Positions 37,511 through 52,500 of a stretch of DNA of 64,000 nucleotides are shown here, in pieces. A program made the translations under genes and the position numbers. Within the stretch, counting starts at the first letter, position 1. Every line of letters begins with the position of its first letter. Below the pieces are notes generated by a model that searched no databases, was not told the origin of the DNA, and saw only the letters and a program-made list of their open reading frames with translations. The stretch comes from Podarcis erhardii. Lineage: Eukaryota. The DNA lies in assembly GCA_964252035.1 (NCBI GenBank), contig OZ176200.1; one strand, given 5' to 3'.

Positions 37511-40500
37511 TTTTTAAAAGATTGATTATTCTTGTCACTGTGTAATGACAGGGAGAAAAATAACAATATTTGTGCTTGGTGCGTTATTGTTGATTGCTGC
37601 AATTCTGCCCCACCCTCAATTTTGTTCAACACCCCTTTAAATGATGGCTATTGATTTTGATTTGTGCAAGTTTGTTGGATTACAGCCAGTGAGTTTTAAT
37701 ATTCCACAGAGGTATGCATTTCACTACCAAACACTACCTCCCTGAATGTACATCCAAGCTCCTCAGGACACAGGGATAGATAAGTCTGGAGGTCAGTTGG
37801 GCCAAAGCTATGACAGTAGAATGTGCAAACACAACCCTATCATGTTGCGGGAGAGGTGAGACTCTGGAGATCTCGCCACTGCAGCATTTATGAAAATCAG
37901 AGAACCATCATGAATTTGTTATGCTTGGCATGCAGTTAATCTCAGTTCTTAAATTAAACTTCTGAAATAACCAAATTCTCCAAATGTCAAGGAAAGTGTT
38001 TCAGTTACTTTTGTGTGTTTGTAACACTTTTTTCATTTAGGACTTTTGGACTGACCACTTGATTCATAGTTCATAATTGAAGGTTTTATATTGCAATCTG
38101 CAGAGTGAAAAATTGCAGCTGAATGAGGAGGCCATGAGGCCTCCTTGCTCAGTAGTGTGGGAAAATGGCCCAAATGGAAGAGATGTTCCACCACATCTGT
38201 CTATGCAAGCGGACACTTAGCGGAGCACTGCTTTTCTTCCCAATTGCTGGGTGGCAGATAAAGGAGTTGCATTTGGTATAGGAAACCTTATGCAGGCTTA
38301 TTGGAAGTAGCAATGCTGACTTGGACACATCAGAGCAACTTCCTGACTATACCTTTTACAACGTGGAGCAACAGTACATTTTAATCTCTGTTCTTAAATC
38401 AAAGTGCACCGAGGGTGAATACCAACACGGATATTTAAGGTCACAGAGTTCGTCTAGATTTACACCACTGTGGGGTATGTGCAAAATCTCATAAGGGCCG
38501 ACAACAGCAAAGAGCGTTAATAAACCGATGCAAATGTGTCTAGCGCTTGACGCTACATCTAATTAAACTCTCAATTATTTATTATGGAATCACAAAATGG
38601 ATTAAAAATGTTGGGAAGCCAACATTTTCCACCTTTTGAGATGCTCTTCAATTACTGGGGGAGGCCAGTATGTTCTGGCCTTCAGCTTAAAAGAGGCTTT
38701 GAACCCTTACTGGAGCCAAGTAATAACAAAGATACCAGGGATCTTCGCAAGACTGAGATTTCCTCTGAGCGGAATGATCTAATCTGAAGCTCAGTTATGT
38801 AAATCGCTGCTCATCCATCAGCATTCTTTTAAAAAATAAACCATAACCCAAATTTAGCCAAAGTTTTGATTCCTAAAATGCTTTGCATGTTCACTCATGC
38901 TGTTTGGAAGGCACTACCATATTCCTCTCATGTTATGTGCTCTTAAACAGCTGCGTGGCAAGCCTCTTTGGCTGCATTCACACATAACATTAAACCAAAG
39001 ACAACACAAGCTTGGCAGCAAAAATACAACAATGGTTAATTAAACAGCTAAAAATGTGGTGTCCTTTCAGGGTACCCAGAATCAGCTGCCTAAAGCAACA
39101 GCATCAATCCACAGAAAGGCCAGTGCCATTAAAGCAGGAAGGGTATGTGCCTGTTAAATTTGGCATGTTTCTCTTTTAAATACTTGAGAGAATATGGTGA
39201 TCATCTGTTTCTTAATATTTTAAAGGCACAGATTCTACATTTTTGTACATGTGTGCCCTTGACATTTAACCAGAAGTGTGAATATTTCATAGAATCATAG
39301 AATCATAGAGTTGGAAGAGACCACAAGGGCCATCGAGTCCAACCCCCTGCCAAGCAGGAAACACACAGGTAACCTACACCTGGCACACAGGTAACCTACA
39401 CCTGAGGATAAAATTGAGCATGTGAAGCTACCTTCAGTGGTAAGGATAGTTCACTCTGTGTATTCTAAAAGAAACTCTCTTTGCTGCTGTTTTGTTTCAT
39501 GTGTCGGCAATGAGCCCAGGCACTGAAAATAGGCCAGAGGATGCAGGCCTAAGCCCTACCGGAAAAAGAAGTGAAGATGGCATTGGGAAGAGGCATGCAT
39601 CAAATCCTTGGCCAGGTAGTACATTCTTCTCTCTGACTGAATGTCCAGATAGCACAAAGTGACAACTGGCGTGCTCAGATAATAGCATCTCCTTCATGAG
39701 AATCCCTCTGCTATTTATGCAGGGAAGAGAAAGTGTCAATGGAACAGAGGAATCACAACAATACCTTCCTCTGTCTGAAGGAGCAGCAGTTCAGTTATAT
39801 TTAGCTTTCAGATGAATAACACAGCAGTTAGCAATGAGAAATTGCTTATTTTGTGAAAATGTCCCCTACATAAATGGAATTCTGAAATTAGCAAGAACCA
39901 CCCTACAACTGCAACTGGAAAATTATACGGCATGTGCCCTTAAAGGGGTAACATTTCCTATGACATTTGGGACAATTGGCAGGGCTTGCTCAAGCGATTT
40001 TGCAACATTAGATGGAGTAAGATTTTGTCATTTGTTCTCACCCCAACCCTTTGAGTATCATCATGTTCAATGCCTGAATAGCAAAAGACCACACTTTTAA
40101 AATAGATTGTTAGCAATCTAGTACAACTATGTTTTTTCATTACATTACTCAAGGTAGCACATGCCACTCAAATACTGAATAACATATAATGTCTGGTATT
40201 ATTAGACACATGTACTTGCTAAGGTTATTGAAAGTTACAATTGGTGGAACGTGAAACAACCAACACCAACAAAAAGATTACTCAGGAATGGGGAACAGGT
40301 CAGCAATGGAATCTGTCTCAGAATCAGAGTTTCATGGGAACTAAGAACCTTGTTTTCAGCCTGATATCCTAAGGATATTTATTCTGATATCTCACTCATT
40401 TCTCTTTACATTTGAAAGGCTGTTAACATCCTTGTTCTATGAAGACTTATTGCGAAATAATTTTAACGAGACTTGCTTGCAATAAAATCTGCACAAAAAT

Positions 40501-43500
40501 TGCAGCTCTAACAGTCTGCTTAGAAAAGGCTGTGGTGTCTCTCTCACACACAGAAACCATCTGCCACAATGTCCCTGCTGCTGCAACATTCCCACCCTGA
40601 CTCTGCGATTCTGGAATATGCTTCCACAATACTGTTCTCTCTCATTTGCTACCCTAACCAAGCAATCAGTTAGGTGGGTTGGCTGGGCCCGAAACTTGAC
40701 ATGTATCCATATGATCCATACTTCAAGAGGTGACCCATAAAGCTGACACTCTGAGAGGTGAGTCCTCAAGTACCAACTTACTTTTCTGTCATTGTGCTCA
40801 ACGTGTTCACCTTCATAATCCCCCTTTTTTTAAAAGAAAAGAAAATAGATATTATGCAACAAATCAAAAATGACATGTGTTCTTTTTTTCTTGTATACAT
40901 GCAAGACCAGTAATTATGTCAGAGAAAGACACGACTTCCGAATTAGCAAATCATGTCCTAGGCAAGCCTTTGCTAATCTCATGTCATCCATTTTTTTCAG
41001 CAAAAAGGGAGCTGTTCAAAACATCTAGAGGACACCAGGTTGGCAAGGGCTAAGGCCCTCCCTTTGCAGACTGGGCAGCTGCTCTAGGGGGAATAACATA
41101 TTTATTCATCTATTTTAAAAAGTATATCCCACTTTTCACCATGTAGGTCTCAAAGCGGCTTACTACAATAAAAACATGCACAATTAAAAACATGAATCAA
41201 ATCTCCAAAATTTAAAACCTCTAAAATTGAGAAACTCAAAAAAGAAGGGAAAAAAGAAGTAAAACATCTGAGAAGCATTCAGGTGCAAAGGGCTCCTGAA
41301 AGAACACAATATTGACCAGGCAACTAAACTAAAGAGGGATGGTGCCTATCTGACTTCTTGTGGGAGGGGATTTCATAGAACTGAACCCACAACACTGAAG
41401 GCATGTTCCCTTGTTGGCTTCTAGCCCACAGGGAACCACTAATAGTACGCCCACCATGACCTCAGTGATGGATCTGGGGTGCTCAGGGCAAAGTGGTCCT
41501 TAAGGTATTCAAGGATTTGCACTCTAGTACCAGAGCCTCTTAACCTGGCCCAGTGGCAGACAGGAGGCTAGTGCAGCAGTGTCATGTGTTGGCAGTAGTC
41601 TGTTCCCATTACCAGTGTAGCAGCAGCATTCTGCATTGGCTGAAATTTCTAGACCAGACCGAAGGGCAGCCCCACATAGAGAGCACTGCAATTATCCTGT
41701 CTTGAGATTACCAATGCCTGAGCGACCGTGGTTAGGTTATCCCTATCCAGGAATGTCTGTTGTTTGAGCCTGAGTTTTCCCACTGCATGCTGGAAGTGAT
41801 TCACAAGAACAAGACGACTAAAGAATGCACCCTTTTAAGAGCATTTCATTCCTTCATCTTTTAAAGTCACCTAATGACAGGTGCTGGAGATCACCACCTT
41901 AGTTTCTGTAGACACAAGTGTCTACATTGTCAGTTGACACATGCATGAAAGCAAGCTGCTGCTTATGAGACCTCCTCCTACAGTAACTCCACAGAGTGTC
42001 TAAGCTGCTACAGGTTTCTCTGGCTTGGTTTGAAAAAGCCACGAAACAGTAGTCACAAGGTGAACTGGTACAGGAAAAGGGGGGCAGTAGCAATATAAGG
42101 TGATTCTTTTTTAAGTGCAGAAAGGAATGAAAGAATAGGACCAGAGGCATATTTCCACATTAATAATAAAAAATATTTATACCCAATGCTTTGAAATGCA
42201 TTCATTTTTAATATAAAGCTGGACAACCTAAAGTAGGGGTCCAGGTACAGCCCCAGGGTCACTGAGAAGCAGGTCTCAGTCTTCTTTGGGAATGTATTAA
42301 TTCGACTTTAGTGTTAATATTTAAACTGTTTAAACGTATTGCTGGGTAAACACATCACATTCACACATAATAAACACAGGTTGTAGTTATTATTGTTATT
42401 AGTACCATCATCATCTTCAAGCACCCAAAGTAATTAATTATATTGTGAAATATGAGTATACAATCTGCAGCCTTTAGATAGTTGATAACGATGCAGCAAC
42501 AGGGTGGCCACTCCTGGATGCATGTAAATATGATTTAATATGTAGCCTGTGTTTCAAGTCATATATAAGCAATCCACCTTTACAACAGAAACTGCCCATT
42601 GAGAGCATGTGTTGCATTTATTAGGAGTATGTCAAGGAGATTTAGATCAGGAAACCAGCTACATGGTGCCACGGATATAAATATGTATCAGCAATCCCAG
42701 TGTCCTTGGCAGAAGAAGGTCAAAAGCATGGTTATTTGCTGAGCAGGTCATTTGCTGAGTCATTTTTACGGCTCTGATTCATATACAGCTAAAGAAAGTT
42801 ATTATTTGTGTTACAACACCCGTAAAAAGTTGGCCTGAAGAAATTGCTAAAATGTAATATGCAAGCAGAGCGGTAGGATGCTGGACTCATGAAAGGCTGA
42901 AGATGTTTAGGATAGTGTCATTCATACCTAACATGTTAAAGATTCTTGGTATCAGCTTCTAGAAACATAAAATATATTCCAAGACCACTTACATCATGCA
43001 AAGGATATGCAGCACTGTAAACGCCATTGGCAAGCAGACTGGTGATCCCTGGAAAAACAACAGAGGATATCTATTTATGCTTCCAAGTCTGAATTCCCTC
43101 ACATAAACCCACTTTTCAGTTCTGGAGATTTCTCTCTCAGAACATCAGCAATTTTGTTAGAGAATGAATCTGCACCCATTAATTTGCCTTCACAGCTTTT
43201 TGAATGTATAGATTATTAAACATGATTTGTTTTAAGAAACGGAAAGCCGTGGAGAATCAGAGGAAGTCATACGCTGCGGAGTCAAGAGTTTAGTCATTGC
43301 AATAAATTACACAACCTGAAGCTTCAAGTTGGATTTGAAAAGCAAGCCCATAGGTTTGGAAGTAGCAAAAGGCGAGGTTATCAGAAAGAGGAGAGTTCAG
43401 CTGGGACTGACCACCAGGGGTGTCAATAATAGCCATCCCTCCCACTCTCTTACATACACATCCACAGAAAAGAGTTTTAAAAATCAGATTTAAGCTTGAT

Positions 43501-46500
43501 TAGAGAAGCTGTTTGGAAAGCCTTTGGAAAGACCTTGGTATTATACTTACCATATTTACCACATTTTCGTCTTTTATTTAAAAGGGTAGTTTCCTTCTTT
43601 CTTCCCTCTCCTTGCCCTGTTTACACATTTGTCTATTAGTTGTATGATTGAGCAGTTACAATGTTTGTGCGATGGGGACTCAGAGGGATGTATATTATTT
43701 CTTCAGGGGAATCATCTTTAAAATTTGAAATTGAATAAGAGAGTATATATCAGGCGCTCCTGTAAGTATAGCTGGGATTTTGCAATGGGTGAAGAATGCG
43801 CCTAGAAATTTTAGCTTGCCACAGAATTCCAGCAACTGCTTACTTACAGACTCTTGGAGACTGCAGTATTTGATTGCTGGATGTGTTTTTCATTACAGCT
43901 GCTGGCATTAATATAGCTGCTTCCAAATATGGGATACCTGACAGACTTTGAAAGGGTCATGTTACCTCAGAAAACATGCATGCTGATTCTGATACCCTAT
44001 CTACAATGGCTTGGATCTAGTCAGCAAAACCAATATTAAAAAGCAATATGAAAACAGCAGTGTGGATATTGACATGATAACAAGGCATTGGACAGGAATA
44101 TGAAAACATACAGTGTGATGTATTCTGTGAGGGGTAATATTTTCAGTTTCGCACCCCTAGGTTCATTAAGTCCATTTTTTACTCTCAGAGTTATTTCACT
44201 GATAGGATACTTTACAACAAGAAGAAATACTAATGCCACAGTCTACAAAAGTTATTTGTTGCCTCTTGCAACAAACATTTCATCCAATTCTGCATTGCTA
44301 CTTAAACCTTCTGCAAACTATTTAGAGCATTCATGCTCAATAACATGGAACCTGGGATACCCTGAACCAATTTACTTCAAAGACTAAAGCATGGAATTCA
44401 CTTGAGGGTGAATTTGTTGTATTTGTTGTACAAAGAGTAACATACACATACACATGAAGCAGTGAAACCGCAATGGAAGTTAATTTCTTTGGCTAAGCAA
44501 GTCTTTTGCTATTGTTTGTTTAGAGTATTTAAAAGAGTGAAGGTGTAGGTGAATGCCTGACCATAAGAAAAATTATAATCAAGTTTTATTGCCTAAGCAC
44601 TGCTGGCTCATTGTTATGTTTATGGCTGTAGATGGCAAATGAAGGGCTGAGTCTATTAAATGCCAAAGACCATCTGTGCAGTTGTTACTAAAAGCTCCCA
44701 GTTCATCAGAAGCTTCGATCATGCTCTGAAGAAGAAAGAAAATGCCAACACTGCTCATTTGTCTAGCATCATTAATTATTTGCACAATGGCTCCCTGCCC
44801 CCCCAGCGCCCACAGGAAACAAATCAGTAAGTGTTTCTGTTAAGCATTAAAGGGTTGGGAACAACAAGCCCACACCTTGACAAAAGATTTGACAAAATGT
44901 CAATGGATGACCTACTCAAGTGGCAGACTTAGGCTAGTTTTATTAGAGTGGAAAATCTATTGCTGGAACCCCACAAGAAATCACTTCATTTAAGTGATTT
45001 TTCCTGGTTTGACAAGCCCCCACCCTACACTGATGCTGTTAGTCAATCCATTCAAATGAGGATCATATAGGAAGCTGCCTTATACTGAATCAGACCACTG
45101 GTCAGCTACATCTACCACTGTCTATGCTGCCTGGCAGTGGCTCTCCAAGATTCTCTCGCAGCCCTAAATGGAGATGTCAGGGACTCAACATTGAATCTTC
45201 TGCATGCAAAGCTGATGTTCTACTATTAGGCTAGGGCCTTTCCTCATTGGGGAGCTCTTATGTTTCCAACTGGAATGAAGGTTCCGAGGATGAAATCTGC
45301 TGAAAAGTGCTCTGGGTGTCAGTCACCTGAAAACTGAGAAATGTGGAAGTGTCTTGTCAGATTTTGGAGTTAGTGACATCTTGGAAATTCATTTCAGATT
45401 GGCTCTTGATTCTAACCAACTTCACACTTTGATATACTGTTAGGATTATATAAAATGCAGTCCCAGACGGCATTACATCACTTTACATCATTTGAAGAAA
45501 GTGCCCAACCATTATTTTTTAATCAAGCTGTGCACACTGGTGTTCCCCACCCCCACCCCCACCCCCACTTCTGATGGAAGGAATATATAATTTATCAGAC
45601 CACTTTCTCTGTTAATGTAGTCATGATTGTTAGGTCACTTTGTGACCACAATGGCAAATTGATTTGTAAATGCTATGATCAGACACAGGTAAAGGAAATG
45701 ATTTCTTAAAACCTGATTTCTCCTGAAAGAAAAAAATCACACTTCCTTTCTTAAAACAACACACAAGCTTTTAAGCAAGGGTTGATTCCATGAATATTCC
45801 TGGTTGGTTACAAAATCAACCAGGTTGATTACTGTTGTTGTATAAAGCATGCCACCAATGCACCAAACTCTACAGTTTCCTCTAACACAGTGCCAAGACT
45901 CAGGCATATGTCTGTATATTCCAATACAGGCTGTAAGGTATTTCCTCCAACAAGTTTCTCAATAACATACCAGTGAAGGAAGAACCTCCATAAAAAAACC
46001 CCCACATTACAGTGTCTTAAAGGCACAGCAGAAGCCACTCAACTTGCATTCTGATTTGATTTGTACTTTGTAAGTTGCCTTGATAGGGCTTTTAAAAGCA
46101 AAAAAAGCAGGGCATAAATTATTTTATAAAATAAATGAAATACTTAACAAACAAATAAAGAAGTGTATAAGAGTGCTATGGGAAATGTTGATCAAATGGC
46201 CCAGTTTAAGCCAGGGATTGATAAATAATCAAAGCTTAGCCTTCCATTATTCGAAAGTTGTTTAATCAGTCTTTGTGCCAATATTTGCACATGCATGGCA
46301 GTAATCCGGTTTCCCATACTTGTTTTCAACACCCTGTGGGTGAATGGCTTGCCAGAATAGAAATTACAATAAATTTCAAAGGTTAGCTTTGATTAGAGTA
46401 GCACAGTGAGAGATGCACACAAAGATTAAAAGCCTAAACACACTTACTAGGGAGTAAGTCATATTAAACACAGTAGGACTTACTTCCAAGTAAACATGCA

Positions 46501-49500
46501 TAGGACTGTACTGCACATGTCTTGTTTTGAGACCTGGCAGAATTATATCCAAAGAGCATGGGAAATATGGCATGTATCCATCAAAGGTTGATGGCCTAAA
46601 AACAGAGAGATGCATAAACAATGTGAGTGTATGCAATATATTGGTTAATCATATACTGGTATGTATAAGTATATCAGCTGAGTCTCTCTCCACAAAATCA
46701 GTTTAAGCAGTTCATAATCTCTGCAAGTTAAAATCTCACACAAATCACTCTCGGTTACATGAACTATATTAGACAAGAGAATAAAAAAACTTGCAAACTC
46801 TTCACACGTAAATTTCAAATATTCTGGAATCTGGAAAATATGCTGATCTGCAAGCTAAATAAACTTTCTTACCCATGCTATATTTGGCTTTGGTGCATGT
46901 AGTTCTTTTCAATATTTCATAAACCTACAAGGGGAAAAAATGGTTTTATAAACACCAGGTCACTTGTAGCCTTTGGGAAATTAGCAGTAAGATTTTGATT
47001 GCATACAGATCAAATTTAAGCACTGGCACGTTTAAGTTCTTGAGCACCATCATCGAATATTAAGAATTTGCAATTATTTCAGCACACAGGAATTAGTAGC
47101 TTTGTACAGTATGGGTAGAATTCAATGTAGTGATAAGGTGAGCATTCCTTCTCCTTTCCCTGCTGGGTGCCCCAAATCTTTTCTAGGGGATCTCCCAAAT
47201 TTGCTGAAGGTGCAGGATGCAAGCAGGGGTAGGAGTAGAGGAGAGGGAGGGAGGGAAGTCTTGCTATGCAAGCAGAGATCCTTGCTCTAATGGGGCATGG
47301 TAGGTGAATACCTCTCCATGTCTCTTGCTTTGAATGCCATTACTGACTCTTCGGTTGCTCTCCCCCGCCCTAAGGTTGATAACCATACCTTCCCATATGA
47401 GTACATTCTGCTCCATGAGTTAAAAATCACTGCAAATGTCCACTTCTGGGTCACCACCCTATAAACTATAGCCAGTGCCATGTATGCCAGATAGTTACCA
47501 TACATATATTGTATTATTTCTATCATATTACTCCTATTATTCAGGAGTTTCCTGAACAACAACAACAACAACAACAGCAACAACAACGGTTTGCTTGTAA
47601 CTGCCATCTGCCCAATTGAGTTGGATGATTCATCCATGTTTGTGGTTCCTTGACTTCCAAGGTGCAGGTTCAAGCCAATTAAAACATTCCAAAACAATAG
47701 GCTCTTTTCCCACTCTAATGAGCCCCAAAGTGGTGTACTTACCTTCAAGTCTAGGTATACATTTGGAATTATGCTGAAGTCATTCTTTCTGTTTTGCTAA
47801 GCACTGTTTTGTTTAAACACGTACCGTTTTAGCATTGTGGCCAAGTTTGCATTTTAGATAGATTTTTGTGTGTCAAAAATAGAAGTCATATAATTAGTGG
47901 ATTGCAGCTGGATTATCACGCCATGGAAACAAACAATAAAGAACTATACTTACTAACTATTCTTCCTTTGCAAAAAAAGAAAAAAGAAAAAGAAAAGAAA
48001 AGAAAAAGAAAACCACAAAGGATAGTATTTTTGGCAGAACTGATACTTAAAAGAGTTTTTTAAAAGAAAACTAAAAAAGGGTTATTTATATTTTATAAAT
48101 GTTAACATTTTAAAATACAGATATAGAGAAAACAGCAGTAAGTGAATTTTGCGAGTTATGGTGTTGATTGTAAGGTATATACCGGTACATATCTTGTCTT
48201 TTATATTTATTTGAAGCTTGGTATAAAATCAAGAGACTTTTTTTCTTAAGTAGTTTCTGCATTCATTTGCTCGTTAATTTAAGCCTTAAATTTTAAAGGG
48301 AGTTGTATGCTGTCCCTCAAAATACAATATTTGCAAGGTGGAAAATCTAGAAAGAAATAGTTTTACATTATATAGAATTAATGAATTCTGATAAGCATCT
48401 CACCAGAGGATTGTTCTTAAAAGATGCTCCACATATTAGCGACTTCTGTTCAGTTATTTAAAACAAAATTAGGGCTAATGGCTTGTATCTAAGTCTAGTC
48501 CTACACAGAGTAGACCCATGGAGATTAATGGAACCTATTGATTAAGGGTCATTAATTGCAATAGTTTTAGTCTGAGTAAGAGTAGCATACATTACCTACG
48601 TTCCCAGTTAAAGTGGCAATAGATAAACGTTGTTAACAGTTTACTTTTCTCTTTGCAAATAACAGAAAGGAAAGAAGGCAGCGTGAGAAAGGCTAGGTAA
48701 CTCTATATGGGAGAAAAGGACCAGTACTGGATTACTGAAGGAGCCCCAGGAAGTGAAAGCTGACATCAGCATATGAAAAATGTTGATGTTATGAGCAGGA
48801 TAATATGAGAGTGTTGGATTATTGAGGACTGATTAAGGAAAGGAGGGAGATGGAAGGACTCCACAGAGGAAGTATTTAAAAAGCCTTTGTACAGACCCTT
48901 TCATCCCATAACATCTGACAAGACAAGAGGACCAACCACAAACTGGATGCCATTCATTAGTGACTCATTAAAGGGCATGGGAGTGCCTCTTGAGTTTACA
49001 AAAAAAAAAAGTCCCACCATTATAAATTCTACTGTTTATAAAAATGACACTTACTGAGCTAATAACAGAAAACCTGGTGCACATGATCAAGCTGATCCAC
49101 AGCAACAGCAAGTTTAAAGGTGCTGAAAATCAGTACATTGATATTTTTTACTCCAATTTCAAAACGTATTTCTTTTCAGTTTTCCTAAAGTGGCTGATGC
49201 ATTTTACTCAGGCTTGATGGGGCATGTGATCCTTCAATGGTTTGGTGAACTTCTGAGCAGCCGTTTTCTTATTTCATTCAAGTCTATGACAACTTCTGGT
49301 ACAATAAGGTGATGCGTGCATAGATCAATTTTTGAAGTTAATTTTTTTGGCCAGGAATATAATGACTGTGGAGGGAACCATATTGCAGATGCTATGTGCA
49401 ATGTCTATTCTAATATAACATGGCCACATTTGGAAACGTGAAACTCCCATGGGCATGACACAAATTCAGATGGGGAGGATGCAGTGATGGGGACCAACAA

Positions 49501-52500
49501 AGATGTCTCATATACTCTTGATTCTGCATGTTTTATCTCCATCAAGAACCTCAGATTCTAACGCAATTCTAAATGCCTTGCAACATGCCTGCTGGTGGAA
49601 ATCTTAACATAGCAAAGAATGAAAGCTTTTCTCCTGATCACGAGCACCTCCAAATCCTTTGCACATCATTGCTGATCATGGGTCATGTCTGTTAAGGCAT
49701 CAGCCTTAGCTTCCAGCTTCCTTGATTTGTGGAGCCAACATGTGTTCCTCATGACTTTAAACCAGCAGGGTTTTTAAAAATAAATAAATCACTGAACAGT
49801 TATTCCTCTCTCATAGAGCTTCTTAACTATGCTAATAGTCCACTCAAGAGTAGGCAAGAGCAGCTGGAAATTGGAGCATTCTCTTGTTTCTGAGAAATGG
49901 GGAAGACAACAAAGGACCCTTCTTCCATGTTTAAGTTTGCTATGGAATGTCACCCGTCACCACTGCAAAATCATGAAGTCCTGGGAGGTAAGAAAATGTT
50001 CCCCTCAGTTGTCAGATGAGGAGCTGAGAAGAAAGACTTTTAAATGAGAAAACTAAATGAAATGTTTCTGAACTGTCTGTCACGCAGTGCTAGGGATGGG
50101 AGTGACTAAATATTGACCTATTTAGTTAATATTATAAGAGAGCTTAGAAATGAATGCTGGATGACAACTTTAGGGAAGAAGGAAAACAAGTGACTAAAAA
50201 GGGGAAGGGCTGGACAGTTGCTGTCCCCTGCTGAAGAGAATGTCTTTACATAAGCGCATAAAAAATTATACGCTTCAATTACAGTTATGTATTGTTTATT
50301 GATAAATGCAAAAGGAAGCACAGAAAATGTTATCTCTTTCCCACAGATTCTTTCTATGGTTGTCTTTCCACTTGATGAGAGTAAACACATTCTGGAAAGA
50401 AAGGCTTGGTTCTACTCATCCTCAGCCCTTATTTGTCAGCAGTGCATAACTAGGCCTGGGTATGGGTGATTTCTTCCTATTTTAATGGATCAGTGGTTCA
50501 CATGGTTGTCCAGTGTTCACTGAATTTTTCTGATTTCAAATTCAAAAAGAGAGCTGTTGTCTGGGGCCACTCTGGAACATGTGTTTGTGGTGGGGAATCT
50601 CTTTGTTGTGAATATGCCCAAGAGCCAGCTCACAGGTATTCTATGTTACATTGTGTGTGTGTGTGTAAGGGGGGGGCATTTATGAAATGTTTTAGGAGCA
50701 CTTCTTGTCATTACTTTCTGTTCCTATATTTCATAGTAATTCTATACAGAGGACAGGAATTCAATTCAGGATGACCTGGCTTGAGATTCATACAACACTG
50801 CCACTGATATTTCTGTGACATGGAGATGACTCATGTGATAGGGGAAGTGAGCTCCACTAGCAAGCAAAAAAAGAAAGCACTGTTTTAAGTTACTGTACAT
50901 CTTTATTAGCATTTGAATGTTTTTAAATATCTGTTTTTAAGAAGGATTTTGATTTTGCATTTTATAAACTGCTTACAGACTTACTTACAATCAAGTAGCA
51001 TATAATTTTTGTTAAATAAATTAAATAAAATAAATAAATAAATAAGAAATTAACTGGGAGGAAGCTCTATTGAATTCAAGCCATATTGGACTTTTTTCTA
51101 AGTAGACATAGTTAGGGTTGGTTTGTAAACTGGGAATACAATATTTTTTATAATGTAAGTATTATAACATAAGTATTATATTGTAATACTTACAATGGTA
51201 CTTCTGGTCTTGCTGTCAAAAAAGGAATCTCTGTCAGAGAGGTCAAATCTGTCAAAACATTGAAAAGGGGGGGGGAGTGATTAAATGTATAATATGGATT
51301 TCAAACAAGTCAACTTTATTTTCTGGCTTTGTGTGTCTTTCAAAGGGTTATATCAAAAGAAGAGATGGCACATCTTAACGTTGACTATTTCTCTGGATTT
51401 CCCTGAAAAAGGACCAGTAGCATCTTAAATGTGTTGGAATACCTGTAATAAATATCTCCTATGCATTGCTTTTTTGCTTCTAGTTCCAGATCTTTAGACA
51501 GCAGCCATTCCTCTCTAGAAATCTTAGAAGCCCCCAAATATTCTGTAGCCAAACTGAATGTGCACTCTGATGGGGAGAATAATAAACTCTGTTTCCTAGA
51601 CAATGTGTGGCACCTCTTGCTGCTCTTGCAATATTAAAGTAGCTGTCTGTTGATTTCATATACTTCGATCTGCAAATCTCTTTCTCCCCTCCCCCTTCAC
51701 ACAAAATAAATGGTGCAGTAAGCACACAATGGGTACAGTACAAGTGTGTCTCTACAAAACAAAAGACACATTCGTTACTCTGTGGAGAATCCCTATCTAT
51801 CCTATAATGATAGCTAAAATCTGCACTAATTGTCACACTGAGATCCCAAGGACACACATTTCTTATACAGTGATACTTCTGGTTATGAACACTTTGGGTT
51901 ACGAACGCTTTGGGTTACGAACTCCGCTACCCCAGAAGTAGCTGCTCCTGGTTGCGAACTTTGCCCCAGAATGCAAACGGAAATCAAGTGCCAGAGGCGT
52001 GCACGCAGTGGGAGACCCCACTAGCGAAAGCACGCCTCAGGATAAGAACGGTTTCAGCTTAAGAATGGACCTCCGGAACGAATTAAGTTGGTAACCAAAG
52101 GTACCACTGTACTTTTACAGTTTCCCAGCTATGAGGATGGGGTCCCTAAGACAGCAAAAGCTTCTCTCTTATCTCCTGCTTAATCTACATTTGGAGCAAA
52201 TCCATACAGTGACTTAGCATGTGATAGTTGCAGGGGGAAAGAACTATGTCAACCACCACTCAACAACTTGGAAAGCTGGTCATCTGCAGCTTCGGTCATA
52301 CAGTTAGGATTCCTAAGCATTACTTCTTGGTTCACTGCATTACCACTGGCAACCAAAGAAGCCCTTCATCTGCGGACAGTACATGATAGTTTTTTAAAGT
52401 TTTGATCACATTGAAAGCTGATTTTTAGCCCTGGAGTGTGCTGATTAGCCCAAGTCACTGAAGTTTGCTGTTTTATTTGCCACAGTGGGTGGTACCAATG

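Noticed and set aside
47287-47748. 153-aa minus-strand ORF
   Set aside because: Spans an (AAC)n microsatellite that gives the poly-Leu run; no splice signals or recognisable homology.
9481-52109. Pairing of two inverted Tigger MITE copies to drive circularisation or exon skipping
   Set aside because: They are 42 kb apart and noticeably diverged, so there is no specific support.
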